64,000 nucleotides of DNA from Cyanophyceae cyanobacterium (lineage in GTDB: Bacteria; Cyanobacteriota; Cyanobacteriia; Cyanobacteriales; Laspinemataceae): NCBI GenBank assembly GCA_038321985.1, contig JBBQFN010000018.1, positions 32,001 through 96,000 on the forward strand, written 5' to 3'. The notes under the pieces are model-generated. The model saw only the letters and a list, made by a program, of their open reading frames with translations. It ran no database searches and had not been told where the DNA came from. Positions 1-11,335 of the stretch are shown here, piece by piece. Made by a program: the position numbers and the translations under genes. Position 1 is the stretch's first letter, and each line of letters starts with the position of its first letter.

Positions 1-320
1 GGGTCTCGTCGGCGGCGACTAGACCCTTTCAATCGGTAAATTGACTAAATTAACGTTCAGGTAAGTTACTGTTGGGTTGATGTTTACTAAGGTTTACATT
101 CGATCCGCAGTTAGTTTCCGGTTTCGGCATCCACTCAGTCTATACCAGACTCCAAGTTTTGGCTTCTACTTCCAGCTTTTCCTAGAAAGAAGCACCACCT
201 TTTTTTAGGGATGCTCGCCGCTGCTGCACTACGGGCAGATTAGAGCGGGATGACGCAGAACTCTAATCTAAAAACTTGTTTGGCGTTGAAGTTTTATTTC
301 TTGCTTGCGTCATATCTATA
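1..320 (-). promoter_or_regulatory. Long structured 5' leader and promoter of a gene beyond the left edge (possibly psaA)
   Basis: On the minus strand, TTGCAC-N16-TACTTT with an extended TG lies near 320-347. The leader ends in the hairpin GGGTCTAGTCG-CCGC-CGACGAGACCC (1-26), which resembles from memory the hairpin before the psaA RBS. The gene itself is not in the window. Confidence 0.4.
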
Positions 321-363
321 AAGTAACACAAAGTTTTGAGAGTGCAACCCTTTGTTTAAAAAC

Positions 364-381
364 TTTACAGAGGTTTACTTC
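364..381. promoter_or_regulatory. HLR1-like (RpaB-type) direct repeat
   Basis: TTTACAGA-GG-TTTACTTC just upstream of the -35 of the leftward promoter; an imperfect match to (G/T)TTACA(T/A)(T/A)-N2 repeated twice. Confidence 0.35.
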
Positions 382-512
382 CTGCAATATTCCTCGTTAC
401 ATTTGTTAGTAATGGCCTAAAAATTCACCTTTCAATAAGCAAAATTACGGATTCAATCGGGGAGGTTGCGAAAGTCCTTCCCAAGACGCAGAGGAAGGGA
501 CCAGAGGTAGAG

Positions 513-1139
513 TTAAGGAAAGAGAATCGCCCAAGTGGAAGGACCGACGATGCCATCGGGTTCTAAATTGTAGCGGCTTTGTAGTTCTCTGACAGAGTCT
601 TCGGTCCGAGGACCAAAGACCCCGGTGGGGGAACCGTCAAAAAAACCCAGTTGATTGAGGCGCTGTTGTAGTTGCGCCACCCAATCACTTTCCATGCCTT
701 GTCGCAGGATGGGGCGGGAGGATTGAATAAACGGAACAGACTGGGGATTGACCACACTGGATGCAACAGCCCCGGGGGAGGGCGGAAATAGGCGATTCCA
801 GGTCCCCTCTCCGACAATGCCATCGGGGGTTAAACCTGCCGCCTGCTGAAATGCAGAAACTCCCCGCACCGTGCCATCGCTATAAATGCCATCAACGGGG
901 CCATTATAATATCCCATCAGTTTGAGGACCGCTTGCAGTTCAGTGACCTCCTGACCTCGGGTGCCAGGTTGCAGGGTCGATCGCTGCACAAGTGGGATTT
1001 GCTGGGCTTGTGCGATCGCCTCTATGGGCCCCGAAATCAAGATTAGAGATAAACTCCCCAGCACAACGTTGGCTGTGGACCAGATCGAACGAATCGGATT
1101 CAATCGTACCCCTGTCAATGTCTCTACCCTCTTACTCAA
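513..1139 (-). CDS. Peptidoglycan-binding domain protein (two PG_binding_1 repeats, N-terminal hydrophobic segment)
   Basis: Two copies of the pattern L..G..G..V..LQ..L..LG......DG.FG..T...V..FQ...GL.PDGIVG..TW..L. Confidence 0.9.
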   Translation of the reverse strand: MSKRVETLTGVRLNPIRSIWSTANVVLGSLSLILISGPIEAIAQAQQIPLVQRSTLQPGTRGQEVTELQAVLKLMGYYNGPVDGIYSDGTVRGVSAFQQAAGLTPDGIVGEGTWNRLFPPSPGAVASSVVNPQSVPFIQSSRPILRQGMESDWVAQLQQRLNQLGFFDGSPTGVFGPRTEDSVRELQSRYNLEPDGIVGPSTWAILFP

Positions 1140-1225
1140 CTGACTTATTACTGATTTTATCCTTTGATGAGGGGGGAATCATCTCCGGATCAAGCAGATC
1201 GCGCTCAACCCTGCTGTAATCGGCT

Positions 1226-2542
1226 TTAATAAGCAGCAGATTCACACAGAGGGGCAATCTCAGCTTCGGGTCCCACCAAAGATACATAAGCCTGGGTCAG
1301 ATACCGAGCCGCGGCTTCCTGGGCCTCCGTTGGAGAAATTCCCGCCACTTCTTCGGTGAAGTGAGTATCGAAATCAATGCCGAGTCCTAAGATTTCATAC
1401 CACCCAAAGACTTGAGCGATTTGAGCGTTGGTTTGCTTGCCTAGGGCGTATTGACCGAGGAGCTTATTTTTGGCGGATTGTAACTCTTCTTCAAGCAGGG
1501 TGGTGTTGCTGAGGCGCTCAACTTCGGTTTGTAGACATTTAAGGGCGATCGCTGTATTTTCAGGAGCAGTCCCCATATAAACAACAAACGCCGCCTCTCG
1601 CAGCCGAGTCGGATAAAATGCCGAAACATCATACGCCAAACCCCGTTTTTCCCGCAGTTCCACAAATAAGCGGCTGGATAAGCCATTTCCCAAATAGGTA
1701 TTCAGTAATTTCAGGATGGTATAATCCCGCGAATCGGGATTCGATGGGTCACTCCCGAACACAGAAGGACCCAAATAGCCTGCCATAACGATTGACTGCT
1801 GGGTATCCTGGATGGAACTGAGAAATCGGGGATTGGGTTTTAACCGGGGTAATGTCAAGGGTTGCACGGGAACATCAGGGGCTTGCCAATCCCCAAACAC
1901 CTCTTCAACTAAGGCAGTTGCTTCTAAGGGGGCAATTCGACCCGTGAGACTAATCACCATGCGATCGGGGCGAAAATAGGTCTGATGATAGGTTTGTAAA
2001 TCTTCCCGAGTCAATTGAGAAACCGTTGCTTCGGTTCCTAGAACCGAACCGGCATAGGGGTGATCCGGGTACATCGCCCGACGCATCTGGTCATAACCAA
2101 TAGTAAAGGGTTGTTCCTGTTGAGAACGAATCCCTTGGATAGTCAGGCGGCGTTCTAGTTCCACTTCAGACTCGGGAAAAGAAGGCGATCGCAACAGTTC
2201 ATGGGACAGACGCAACAACTCCGGGAAATCCCCCGAAACCGTCTTTAAACTCAGCAAAAAATAATCCGGTGTCGTATCGGTACTGAGACTCGCCCCCACC
2301 GACTCTACTAATTCGGCAATTTCTAGGGACGATCGCCCTTCGGTCCCCTTCGTCAATACCGCAGACAGCAGATGCGACAATCCCGCCTGTGCCGGGGGTT
2401 CCCAAGAACTTCCGGCATTGATAAAAATCCGAGCAGCAATGATATCGGCAGCGGGATTTTCTACGGCAATCACCACCATGCCATTGTCCAAAACTGTGCG
2501 ATGAATTGTCTTTTGTAGCGATTGCGTCACGTTGTCTGTCAC
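1226..2542 (-). CDS. M16 family peptidase, non-catalytic subunit
   Basis: Insulinase-fold motifs (GLSHLLSAVLTKGT, SSRLFVELREKRGLAY); the HxxEH motif is absent; adjacent to an active partner. Confidence 0.88.
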   Translation of the reverse strand: MTDNVTQSLQKTIHRTVLDNGMVVIAVENPAADIIAARIFINAGSSWEPPAQAGLSHLLSAVLTKGTEGRSSLEIAELVESVGASLSTDTTPDYFLLSLKTVSGDFPELLRLSHELLRSPSFPESEVELERRLTIQGIRSQQEQPFTIGYDQMRRAMYPDHPYAGSVLGTEATVSQLTREDLQTYHQTYFRPDRMVISLTGRIAPLEATALVEEVFGDWQAPDVPVQPLTLPRLKPNPRFLSSIQDTQQSIVMAGYLGPSVFGSDPSNPDSRDYTILKLLNTYLGNGLSSRLFVELREKRGLAYDVSAFYPTRLREAAFVVYMGTAPENTAIALKCLQTEVERLSNTTLLEEELQSAKNKLLGQYALGKQTNAQIAQVFGWYEILGLGIDFDTHFTEEVAGISPTEAQEAAARYLTQAYVSLVGPEAEIAPLCESAAY

Positions 2543-2593
2543 TGAAATTTGGTTCCTCGTATGGGTCTTGGGTGGGTTCGTCTAGGGTTTAAC

Positions 2594-3877
2594 TCAATCC
2601 AGGGGTTTGAGTTCTGTGACTGCGTAATATTTGGGACATAAATAGTAATTGGCTATCCTCTGCAAGTCTGCCGCATTATACGATTGAATGCAATCGGGAT
2701 AGGCGACTGCCGCCGGTGCCTCGGCAATGGTTTGATAGTAGCCATACAAACCCGCCAGTTGAGACGGGGTTTCCGTGGAAAAGGCGTAATCATTGCATAG
2801 CAAGCGTTGAGCACGAGCCAGTTCCGCTGAACTAATCGGTTGGGTCTGTAATTCGTCGATGCGATCGAGAATTACATTCTCTACCAAATTCAGGTGTTGA
2901 GGATCAAGCCATGCCCCAATTGTAAACAAGCTGGAATCCTGCTGGAGCGAAAAATCGCTACCGATGCCGTGAACCAGTCCGCGTATCTCCCGCAATTCTC
3001 GCACTAAGCGGGAATTTCGGCCCTCTGCCAGGACCACCGCCAGCAAGTCTAAACCATAGGCGTCATGCAACTGTTCCACCCCCGGTCCCGTCCAAGCTAG
3101 AGTCAACCTCGCCACTTCCAAGCGCGGTAAAAACAGTTCCCGACGCCGAATTTCCGTCATGGGTGGTTCCGCTTCCTGTTTGAGGTCCTCCCAATCCAGG
3201 GGGGTCGGAAAGCTATCAAATGACTTCTCTACTAAGTTGAGGGTTTCCTCTAAAGTCACGTTGCCGACGATCGCTACCGTCATATTCTCGGGTTGGTAAT
3301 GGCAGCGATGGAACATCCGCATTTCTTCAGGCGATCGCCCCATCAAAATCTCCGCCTGTCCAAATACCGGGCGTCTATAGGGATGCTGCTGGTAAATCGT
3401 CTCCATCATGGCTTGAAAACCCAACCAATCCGGGTTATCAACGGATTGCCGAATTTCTTCAAGCACCACATCCCGTTCTCTTATAAACTCATCATCGGGA
3501 ATCGCCGGATGCAGCAACAGATCCGCCAAGGCAGGCAGACTTTCTTTTAAATACGGTGCAGCAACGGTAATGAAGAAGTGGGCATAGTCATGACTCGTGG
3601 CGGCATTCGTCATCCCACCCCGATTTTCAATCAGACAATCAAAGGCACCCGGAGGCTGGTTGAGGGTACCTTTGAAAATCATATGTTCCAGGAAATGAGC
3701 CATTCCTGACCAGGTGTCAGGTTCGCGGATTGCACCTGCTTTAACCCACACATCCACCACCACTACGGGTGTGGCGCTGATATGTTGGTGAATCACGGTT
3801 AATCCATTCGCCAGCCTTACGATATTCCCTGGAAACTCTGATTTCTTGAGCAGTACAGACAATCTTTCTAATCTCAA
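2594..3877 (-). CDS. M16 family zinc peptidase, catalytic subunit
   Basis: GMAHFLEHMIFKGT (HxxEH) and NAATSHD; the exact start codon is uncertain. Confidence 0.92.
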   Translation of the reverse strand: MRLERLSVLLKKSEFPGNIVRLANGLTVIHQHISATPVVVVDVWVKAGAIREPDTWSGMAHFLEHMIFKGTLNQPPGAFDCLIENRGGMTNAATSHDYAHFFITVAAPYLKESLPALADLLLHPAIPDDEFIRERDVVLEEIRQSVDNPDWLGFQAMMETIYQQHPYRRPVFGQAEILMGRSPEEMRMFHRCHYQPENMTVAIVGNVTLEETLNLVEKSFDSFPTPLDWEDLKQEAEPPMTEIRRRELFLPRLEVARLTLAWTGPGVEQLHDAYGLDLLAVVLAEGRNSRLVRELREIRGLVHGIGSDFSLQQDSSLFTIGAWLDPQHLNLVENVILDRIDELQTQPISSAELARAQRLLCNDYAFSTETPSQLAGLYGYYQTIAEAPAAVAYPDCIQSYNAADLQRIANYYLCPKYYAVTELKPLD

Positions 3878-5860
3878 ACCTGAATTTAGTGATAAATTAT
3901 CTCATGCTAACGCTTTATTTCAACATTTGCTGCATGAATTGATACAGACCTCCAGGGCACAGGGGACAGGGAAGAGGAGAGAAGTTTCAGCCTCTTCAGT
4001 AGGAGGACCCCACCCACTTTTCCCCAAAACACAGAAGCGGGCTATTGTTTGGGTCTTCGGTCAACTTTTCCTACTCGTCTAATTAAGATAATTGGAATTT
4101 AACCCCTCTTGACATCAATGGGGTTGTGATCACCCATCCATTTTTATCCGGATGGAAGAATTTAGCGCCTGTGTTGTTTAGCAGAACAGTTACATTCGGT
4201 GGAGTGAGAAATTTACCCCCTTTCTACCGGAAAGTTTAGGGTTCAAATTTTCAATCCCTTCGCTTTAATCGTAAACCCTAACCTAATGGCGATCGCCCTT
4301 GCCTAAGGGCGTTACTTTTCACTCTATTTTTGCTATCTCACATTAGGTATTTTAGGTTTTCATTTTATATTTTGAGTTTTTGTAAACGACTCTGCGGTAA
4401 TTCTGGTTCGATAAAATTTAAAAGTTATCTTTTTGTTAAAATTAAAGGTTAACTTTTTTGATAAAAAATATTGAATCAACAAGGTATTAGCTGAAATATT
4501 TATATATTTTTTAAGAAAATAAACTAGAAAATGGCCTCTCTTCCTAGGGTTTGGCTAGAGCGCCATTTATTCTAATCAATTAAAAATAAAAGAAAGATAC
4601 ACAGACAGAAGGTGAGACAACTTTGTACAGGGGTGCTTCATGTCCCCCGGATATAGAAAAGTTATCTCTTGAAGTAGGCCAAGGAGTCATCCAGAATGGT
4701 TTGTCGTCTCGTTCTGAACACAGAGCAGGGCAATGGCTCCGTCTGAAAATGGGCGATTGATTGACTTTGGAAAGAGAAGCTACCGAGTCAAAAATCGCCA
4801 CTGGGTTAAACTTTGACTCACTTTATTTTTTATGCCGAAAAAGAATATTCCCTCCCTCTAAGTCGCCATAGAGCTACTTTCGTATCCGGCTTTCCGCAAT
4901 TTGAGGGGAGAGAGAGACGGATAAGTGAACAAGGCGCTATCCCAACCACTTAATAATAATGAATAGGACGAATTTATTTTTCAAATGTTCCGGATATTAG
5001 GGCCTTTCTGATGAGAGTGTTTGACCTCTAAAAAATTATTAATTTAGCCGGATGTTTTCTGGAGATTCCGTAGAAATAAATAACAGTTAAAAAGAGGAAT
5101 CATCTATGAGCATCTACAAATGCTTTGTCTTCTCTACTCTCCTAGTTGTGGGAATAACCGCCAACTTTTCAGGCATTGAATATCTTACAGCCAAAGAAAA
5201 TAAATCTGATGCGATCGAGCAAATTGCCAGTGCTGGTGGTGCGAATGGAACTGAACCGGATCATCGAGGAAGTGGACGCTAAGAAACAAACCGATCGCCC
5301 TATTGACAATCTCCCTGATCGTTCACGGGTCCAGATCAACGCCGAGCTAAACCGAGGCGGGTTTAAACTAAAAAATCCCTACAGTGTATGGGGTTCGCTC
5401 TCTACCCAGAGCGCAAGTCAAGTATTAATTACAGGGTGCATCATTCCATCTTTCTGGTCATTCCCGTTAGTCATGACACCGAATTAAAGCGCATCATTTT
5501 TATTTGTAGAACAATCGCCATTAAACCCGATGGAGGGCGATCGCGTAAAGAAAGAAAAGAGTGCCTTCTTAAGGTGCTATCCGGTCGGAGTGTGGTGGAA
5601 GTCGCAACGACAGAAGTAATAACTCAGAGAACTAAAAAAGTAGATTAAAGGAGGGTAAACCGAACGGTTTGCCCAATTTTCCATGTTAAGGCTAACGGTC
5701 TGAGTTACTCAAAAGCGTCTGGATACATGACTTAGAGTCCTCAGAACCCCTCCTCCAGCGCTTTAAACTCGGGTAGACGGTAGAAACATCCACCGAACCT
5801 GGAAGGATGCCTGCTGATTTAGGTAAAATTTAAGAAACGTAACGTAAACAGGCAAGCTAG

Positions 5861-6466
5861 ATGATCCCAACCGTAATTGAACAATCTGGGCGTGGTGAAC
5901 GCGCCTTTGATATCTACTCTCGCCTTCTGCGCGATCGCATCGTCTTCCTCGGACAACAGGTGGATGCAGACCTAGCGAACCTGATTGTCGCCCAATTGCT
6001 CTTCCTAGAAGCCGAAGACGCTGAAAAAGATATCTACCTCTATATCAACTCTCCGGGTGGATCGGTAACCGCAGGCATGGGAATTTTCGACACCATGAAC
6101 CACATCCGCCCCGAGGTTTGTACAATTTGTCTGGGTTTAGCAGCCAGCATGGGTGCTTTCTTATTAAGTGCCGGTGCGAAAGGGAAGCGGATGAGCTTGC
6201 CTCATTCCCGGATTATGATTCACCAACCCCTCGGGGGCGCGCAAGGGCAGGCGACGGATATTGAAATCCAAGCTAAAGAAATTCTGTACCACAAAAAACG
6301 GCTGAATACCTTGCTCTCCGAGCATACAGGTCAGCCCCTTGAGCGGATCGAAGAAGATACAGAAAGGGACTTTTTCATGTCCCCTCCAGAATCGGTGGAC
6401 TACGGACTCATCGATCTCGTCATCGATCGCCGTCCCTCTGCCAACCGTCCCGTAGCTGTAAGTTAA
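5861..6466 (+). CDS. clpP: ATP-dependent Clp protease proteolytic subunit
   Basis: [38 protein letters not shown] and MIHQPLGG motifs. Confidence 0.97.
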   Translation: MIPTVIEQSGRGERAFDIYSRLLRDRIVFLGQQVDADLANLIVAQLLFLEAEDAEKDIYLYINSPGGSVTAGMGIFDTMNHIRPEVCTICLGLAASMGAFLLSAGAKGKRMSLPHSRIMIHQPLGGAQGQATDIEIQAKEILYHKKRLNTLLSEHTGQPLERIEEDTERDFFMSPPESVDYGLIDLVIDRRPSANRPVAVS

Positions 6467-6538
6467 CTCAATCTCCAGTTCCCTCCGGAACAAGCCTTTT
6501 ATACCTGTGGCTACCCGGTTGACCTAACATTGATTTTT

Positions 6539-6571
6539 TTGGCTCCCCCCTTGATCAGGGAGGGAGCCAAA
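6539..6571. terminator. Hairpin between convergent genes
   Basis: TTGGCTCCC...GGGAGCCAA stem, preceded by a T-run on the + strand. Confidence 0.5.
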
Positions 6572-6704
6572 TGGGCTTGGAGAGCTGGTTAAACCTGGGG
6601 TAGAGGGTGACTTTCACCCCTATAATTTGACAAAAATTTTAGAGCAAACCGGGAAAAAGGCCCCGTTTTTTACTCTAAACTTTCGGCTCTTGCGGCTAAC
6701 ATCT

Positions 6705-7568
6705 CTAAGAAGGGCTAGGCTGGTTTTTTAGATACGTTAAGAATTCCAGCAATTGGTCTTCGGAGAGATAGGAACGGGAGGGGACGCCGTAGTGCTGTTT
6801 AAGATGGTTACGCCCTTGGTCGTTGGTCCAGCCTAGGCGTTTAATTTCAATCGTAGTTTGGGCGATCGCATCAGATAAATCTATCGAACCCGATTGAGTA
6901 GCCTTAGTCTGAGTATCTTGGGAACCCTCGGAAATAGCACCTGGAACAGCATACTCGTTCGAGAGACTTGCCCTGGATTCAGTCGCAGAGTTGTAGTCCG
7001 AGAACGGATCTGCAGCTGCCCGAGTGGGAGTCTCGGGGAATCCAGATGTTTCAGGTAAACTCTGGGGGATGAACTCGGTGTGAGTACCCAGGCTGTCGCT
7101 ATCTCCCCCTCCCGATAGCCATTCAAGACTGGCAGTAGACTTTTCCACCTCTGATAGTGGGGGTATTTCAGGTGTGGCCGGGATGCTAGATTCCGGGAAT
7201 CCGGGCGAACTCATGGGGGGCGAAGTCGGTCTAGCCCGAGTTTTGCCTTGTCCCAAATGTAGTGTATTAAAAGCGGGAGCCGATGCGGTGGAAGTTAACG
7301 GCGACTCCGGCAAGTCCCGGGAGGGTGTGGCTTCAGAGGGGGCGGGGGATGTTCCTAAAACCGCGATCGCCCTCACTCGGGCGCGGTCTTCGGCTTGTTC
7401 GATCGTCGGTTCCGCAGCCATTCCGGTCGCGAGAGTCACCCCGTCCATTTGTACAAAGGCCCGCACCACATAGAGTCCTTGATAAAGGGTGAGTAATTCA
7501 GAAATTAAACTGGCGGTTGGATAGCGAGAGCGAAATTCAATCAACATCATGGGTGAAGATAGGATCAA
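6705..7568 (-). CDS. Conserved cyanobacterial hypothetical protein (folded N- and C-terminal domains, Pro/Ser-rich linker)
   Basis: N-terminus FRSRYPTASLISELL...AEDRARVRA; C-terminus IKRLGWTNDQGRNHL...LSEDQLLEFLTYL; true start probably MMLIEF. Confidence 0.75.
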   Translation of the reverse strand: MILSSPMMLIEFRSRYPTASLISELLTLYQGLYVVRAFVQMDGVTLATGMAAEPTIEQAEDRARVRAIAVLGTSPAPSEATPSRDLPESPLTSTASAPAFNTLHLGQGKTRARPTSPPMSSPGFPESSIPATPEIPPLSEVEKSTASLEWLSGGGDSDSLGTHTEFIPQSLPETSGFPETPTRAAADPFSDYNSATESRASLSNEYAVPGAISEGSQDTQTKATQSGSIDLSDAIAQTTIEIKRLGWTNDQGRNHLKQHYGVPSRSYLSEDQLLEFLTYLKNQPSPS

Positions 7569-8453
7569 TACTTAATATTTTAAGGGCGCAGATTGGGTTC
7601 GGGAGATTTTATGCCATTCAATGCTACAATGCCAGAAAACAGGCCAATTTTGAAAGACCCTACGGCAAAACTCGCCGCCTTATTAGTAAAGCCCTCCCGC
7701 CTGATCGCCAGAGAGCTCCGCTAACGGCAGATATCAATTCCCTCGGGAGAGAAGTCAGAAACCATGCCGCAAGAACAAGCAACAACTCGTTTTTCTGAGT
7801 TGGATATCTAACAGATACGGCAGCAACTCGTTAGAGTTTTCCAGTATCTTTAGACCGGGGAATGTTAAATCCCCAGGCATGGCGACCCAGTTTGAGGGGG
7901 TTCTACACCTAACAACCGCTCCTTCGCTGTGGCTGATGTCCCTGAGTGGATAGATCTGGTTAATAAATCACCGGCAAGTGAGTAGCGCTTCTGGTATGCG
8001 CTCTTGTTTTGTCTTTAGGGAGGTAAGCGCGATCGCCATCGATGCATTTCGCGCCAGTCAACCCTCCTGTTTTTCTGTGTAGGTAGCCGGTAAGTGATCC
8101 AAGTCATGACGAAATGTTGGCTCGAATAGCTTGGAAACTTCACGCCGATGCTGAAAAAGTCGCGCTACGCGCGTCGCCAACGCGTCTGTAAGTTCTAATT
8201 CGGATGGGTCGCTCGGGGAGTATGATACGATAACGACCTCCGTTGAAAACTGACAGGGGATTGACGCGATGCAACTGTTTTGGCTTGAAAGTTGGCGTCA
8301 CTGTAGCTTGTCTAAAGTCAAACGAGTTCAACAAGGGGATACTCGTCATTTGCGTCACCTTTGAGGCTCGGCTCGATTGAGAACAAGCAGCAACACCAGA
8401 CATTTGATGCCTGGAAAGAGAACCGAATGGATAAAAGAAGGATCGATCTCTGA

Positions 8454-10859
8454 ATGGACTTTTCAATCGCTACACTACTGGCAAATTTTACCGATGATAA
8501 ATCGGTGGCTCCCAAGATCTTAGAGAAGAAACTGGGGTGTCAGGATGAAAAAAGCACGCGCTACTTACAAATAGCGCTCGATGCGTTGGAAAAAATCGGC
8601 GTGCTTGTTAAGGAAAAAGGTCGATATCGGCGGGTTTGGGAAGAAAGTCTCGTAGAAGCGAAACTTCGATGCTCTAGCAAAGGGTTTTGCTTTGCGATTC
8701 AGGATACAGAGGGAACTGAGGATATTTACATCCGCGAATGTCATTTAAGTAATGCTTGGAATGGCGATCGCGTGTTGGTGAATATCATTAAAGAAGGCAG
8801 TCGCCGCCGTTCTCCCGAAGGAGAGGTTAAGTTAATCCTAGAACGTGCCAACCCGTCGGTGCTAGCCCGAGTCAAGCAAACGGGAAGTCGCTATCTAGCC
8901 GTTCCTCTAGACGATCGCTTGTTATTTGAACTCGACCTCAAACAAAATGGGGTTTCCCTAAATGATGCGGTAGAACATCTGGTTCACGTTGAAGTGTTGC
9001 GTTATGCCCTGGGTAGCAATCCTCCCCTCGGGCGCGTCGCACAAATTCTCGGATCAGATGCAGAAGATGCTAATGACCTGGATATTGTTTGCTGTAAGCA
9101 TGATCTGCCGCGCTCTTTCTCTCAAGTCGTTCTCGATGAGATCGCCGATTTACCGAAACCCCTGCGCAAGACTGAGATAAAAGGTCGCTTGGACTTACGC
9201 AGTCTCCAAACGATTTCCTTTATGCCCTCCTCTAGACTCCGGAGTTCGATTCCGACTGTCGAACACGCCTTTAGTCTAGAGACTCTCAAAAGTGGCGAGT
9301 GGCGTCTGGGTGTTCACATATCAGATGTCGATCACTATGTCAAGGCAGACACCGCCTTGGATCGCGAAGCCCGCAGGCGATCGGTGTCTGCACATCTGGG
9401 TGACATGGTGTTGCCAATTATTCCCGAACAGTTGGCGTTGGATTCCTGCTCGTTACTCGCGGGGGAAGACCGGCTGACCCTCTCAGTGTTAGTCATTTTA
9501 GACGATGATGGTGTGGTGGATTTTGAAATTAAACCCAGTGTCATCAAGGTTGACTATCAAGTGAGCGATCGCCAAGCACAACCGATCCTGGACAAATTGC
9601 AGGAAAAACAACTTGATCCAGAAATTATCCCCGCTTGGTGGCTGGAGTTTCGAGAACGTCAAAAATCCCTGGACGAGGCTGAACCCTTACCCGGCCCGAT
9701 CTCCCAAGCCCTGGAACAAATGTTCAAGTTGAGCTATGCCATGCAAAACTGGCGTCGCTCTCGCGGGGGTTTTGACCTGAATCTACCGCCGAATCAATAT
9801 GGCACTTGTCCCTCGGTTTATGACGATGAAGGAGCAGAAGGAGCGATTTCTCTTTCTTCTCACATTACCTCTCAAGGGATGCTATGTGAGTTTACCATTC
9901 TCGCAAACCAACTGGTTGCTACTCACTTACAGCAATTAGGGGTTCCCGGAATTTACCGGATACAAGCGGCTCCCGACCTCGAACAAGTGGATGAGTTGAT
10001 CAAACTCGCGAGCAACATGGGGGTAGAAGTCATGCTGGATGACCCAGAAGACGTTACGCCTGTTGACTTCCAGGACTTTACCGAAGTCTTTGCAGCCTCT
10101 CAGTGTGAGCGAGTTCTGACTTATCTGCTGGAAGATACCTTAAAGCCAGCCAGTTACACCACAACTCCAGGCTCTCACTTTGGGTTGGCCTTAGATACGG
10201 GATATACTCACTTTTGTTCTCCTATACAACGGTATGCTGACCTGTTGGTACAGCGCTTGTTAAAAACCGTATTTGAGGAAGGACGCGATCGCAAATCAGC
10301 TCGTTCTAAAGAGTTCGTCGATCTGCATAGCAGTAACAGTCACGGCGAAATTTCCTGGAATGTTCTATCTCCGACCACGCAGAGCGAATTTGAGAGTCAC
10401 TTCGCCACCATCGTCGGTCATCTGAGCGATCGCGAAAAGTTAACCCAAGAAGCAGAAGCGGACCTTCAAGGACTCAAAAAAGCCGGACTGATGAAGGCAC
10501 GCACCGGCGAAACCTTCAGCGGATTAATCACCGGAGTTCAATCTTACGGCTTCTTTGTAGAAATCGAAGTCGAAGGACCCGAGGGGATTCCTCTGCGTCT
10601 GGAAGGACTCGTGCACGTCTCATCCCTCAAAGATGACTGGTATGAGTATCGTTCTCGCCTGCAAACTCTCGTCGGTCGAAAAAACCGTAAGCAATACAGC
10701 TTAGGGGATATCGTCGAAGTTCAAGTTAAAAGTGTGGATTACTACCGTCAACAAATCGACCTTGTGGCAGTCGGTGGCGGCAGTGAAGCCAGTAGCGAAG
10801 AATATACCGAATATCGCGAGCGCGAACGGAATTATTATGATTACGAGGAAGATATTTAA
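8454..10859 (+). CDS. zam: RNase II/R family protein, Zam-type (cold-shock domains, RNB domain, S1 domain)
   Basis: KGFCFAIQD and AWNGDRVLV (CSD); YTHFCSPIQRYADLLVQR (RNB); ITGVQSYGFFVE...EGLVHVSSL (S1). The MDFSIATLL start resembles cyanobacterial Zam. Confidence 0.85.
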   Translation: MDFSIATLLANFTDDKSVAPKILEKKLGCQDEKSTRYLQIALDALEKIGVLVKEKGRYRRVWEESLVEAKLRCSSKGFCFAIQDTEGTEDIYIRECHLSNAWNGDRVLVNIIKEGSRRRSPEGEVKLILERANPSVLARVKQTGSRYLAVPLDDRLLFELDLKQNGVSLNDAVEHLVHVEVLRYALGSNPPLGRVAQILGSDAEDANDLDIVCCKHDLPRSFSQVVLDEIADLPKPLRKTEIKGRLDLRSLQTISFMPSSRLRSSIPTVEHAFSLETLKSGEWRLGVHISDVDHYVKADTALDREARRRSVSAHLGDMVLPIIPEQLALDSCSLLAGEDRLTLSVLVILDDDGVVDFEIKPSVIKVDYQVSDRQAQPILDKLQEKQLDPEIIPAWWLEFRERQKSLDEAEPLPGPISQALEQMFKLSYAMQNWRRSRGGFDLNLPPNQYGTCPSVYDDEGAEGAISLSSHITSQGMLCEFTILANQLVATHLQQLGVPGIYRIQAAPDLEQVDELIKLASNMGVEVMLDDPEDVTPVDFQDFTEVFAASQCERVLTYLLEDTLKPASYTTTPGSHFGLALDTGYTHFCSPIQRYADLLVQRLLKTVFEEGRDRKSARSKEFVDLHSSNSHGEISWNVLSPTTQSEFESHFATIVGHLSDREKLTQEAEADLQGLKKAGLMKARTGETFSGLITGVQSYGFFVEIEVEGPEGIPLRLEGLVHVSSLKDDWYEYRSRLQTLVGRKNRKQYSLGDIVEVQVKSVDYYRQQIDLVAVGGGSEASSEEYTEYRERERNYYDYEEDI

Positions 10860-11335
10860 TATCCCTTGAATTTTAATAATGAGCAGCGATCGGTCCGACC
10901 AGAAATGTCGATGACGCGATGGATAAAGCCCGCCTGATCGCGGGCTTAATTTTTAAGGATTTTCTACCCCGCCTAGGGGAAGCGATCGCTTACTCGAACA
11001 AAGATTTGTTGCGTGGATTTGTCGGGCTTATTACAATAGTAGGGAACAAGACGCTCCCAAAATTATAGCGTTTCCCAGACTACTTATACCCCACGGATAG
11101 CTATGAAGAGTAGGAGTGCGAATGCTTTCGGCACCCCTAAAAAATATCTCATCCCTGGGGGAAGCGCTCTCTCTCGTTAATCCTCTGGTCTAAATGATTT
11201 AGAAGATTTAGACGGGCTATATTTACAATTTTTTCCTAGAATGATAGGATAATATTTAGTAAATTTTATCCTAAAATATGGTTTGCCCCTATTTAATAGT
11301 TAAAACCCCCTTAATTAATAAAAAAGGAGAATATT

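Noticed and set aside
5176..5648. Two overlapping ORFs upstream of clpP
   Set aside because: No recognisable motifs, weak starts and mutually overlapping.
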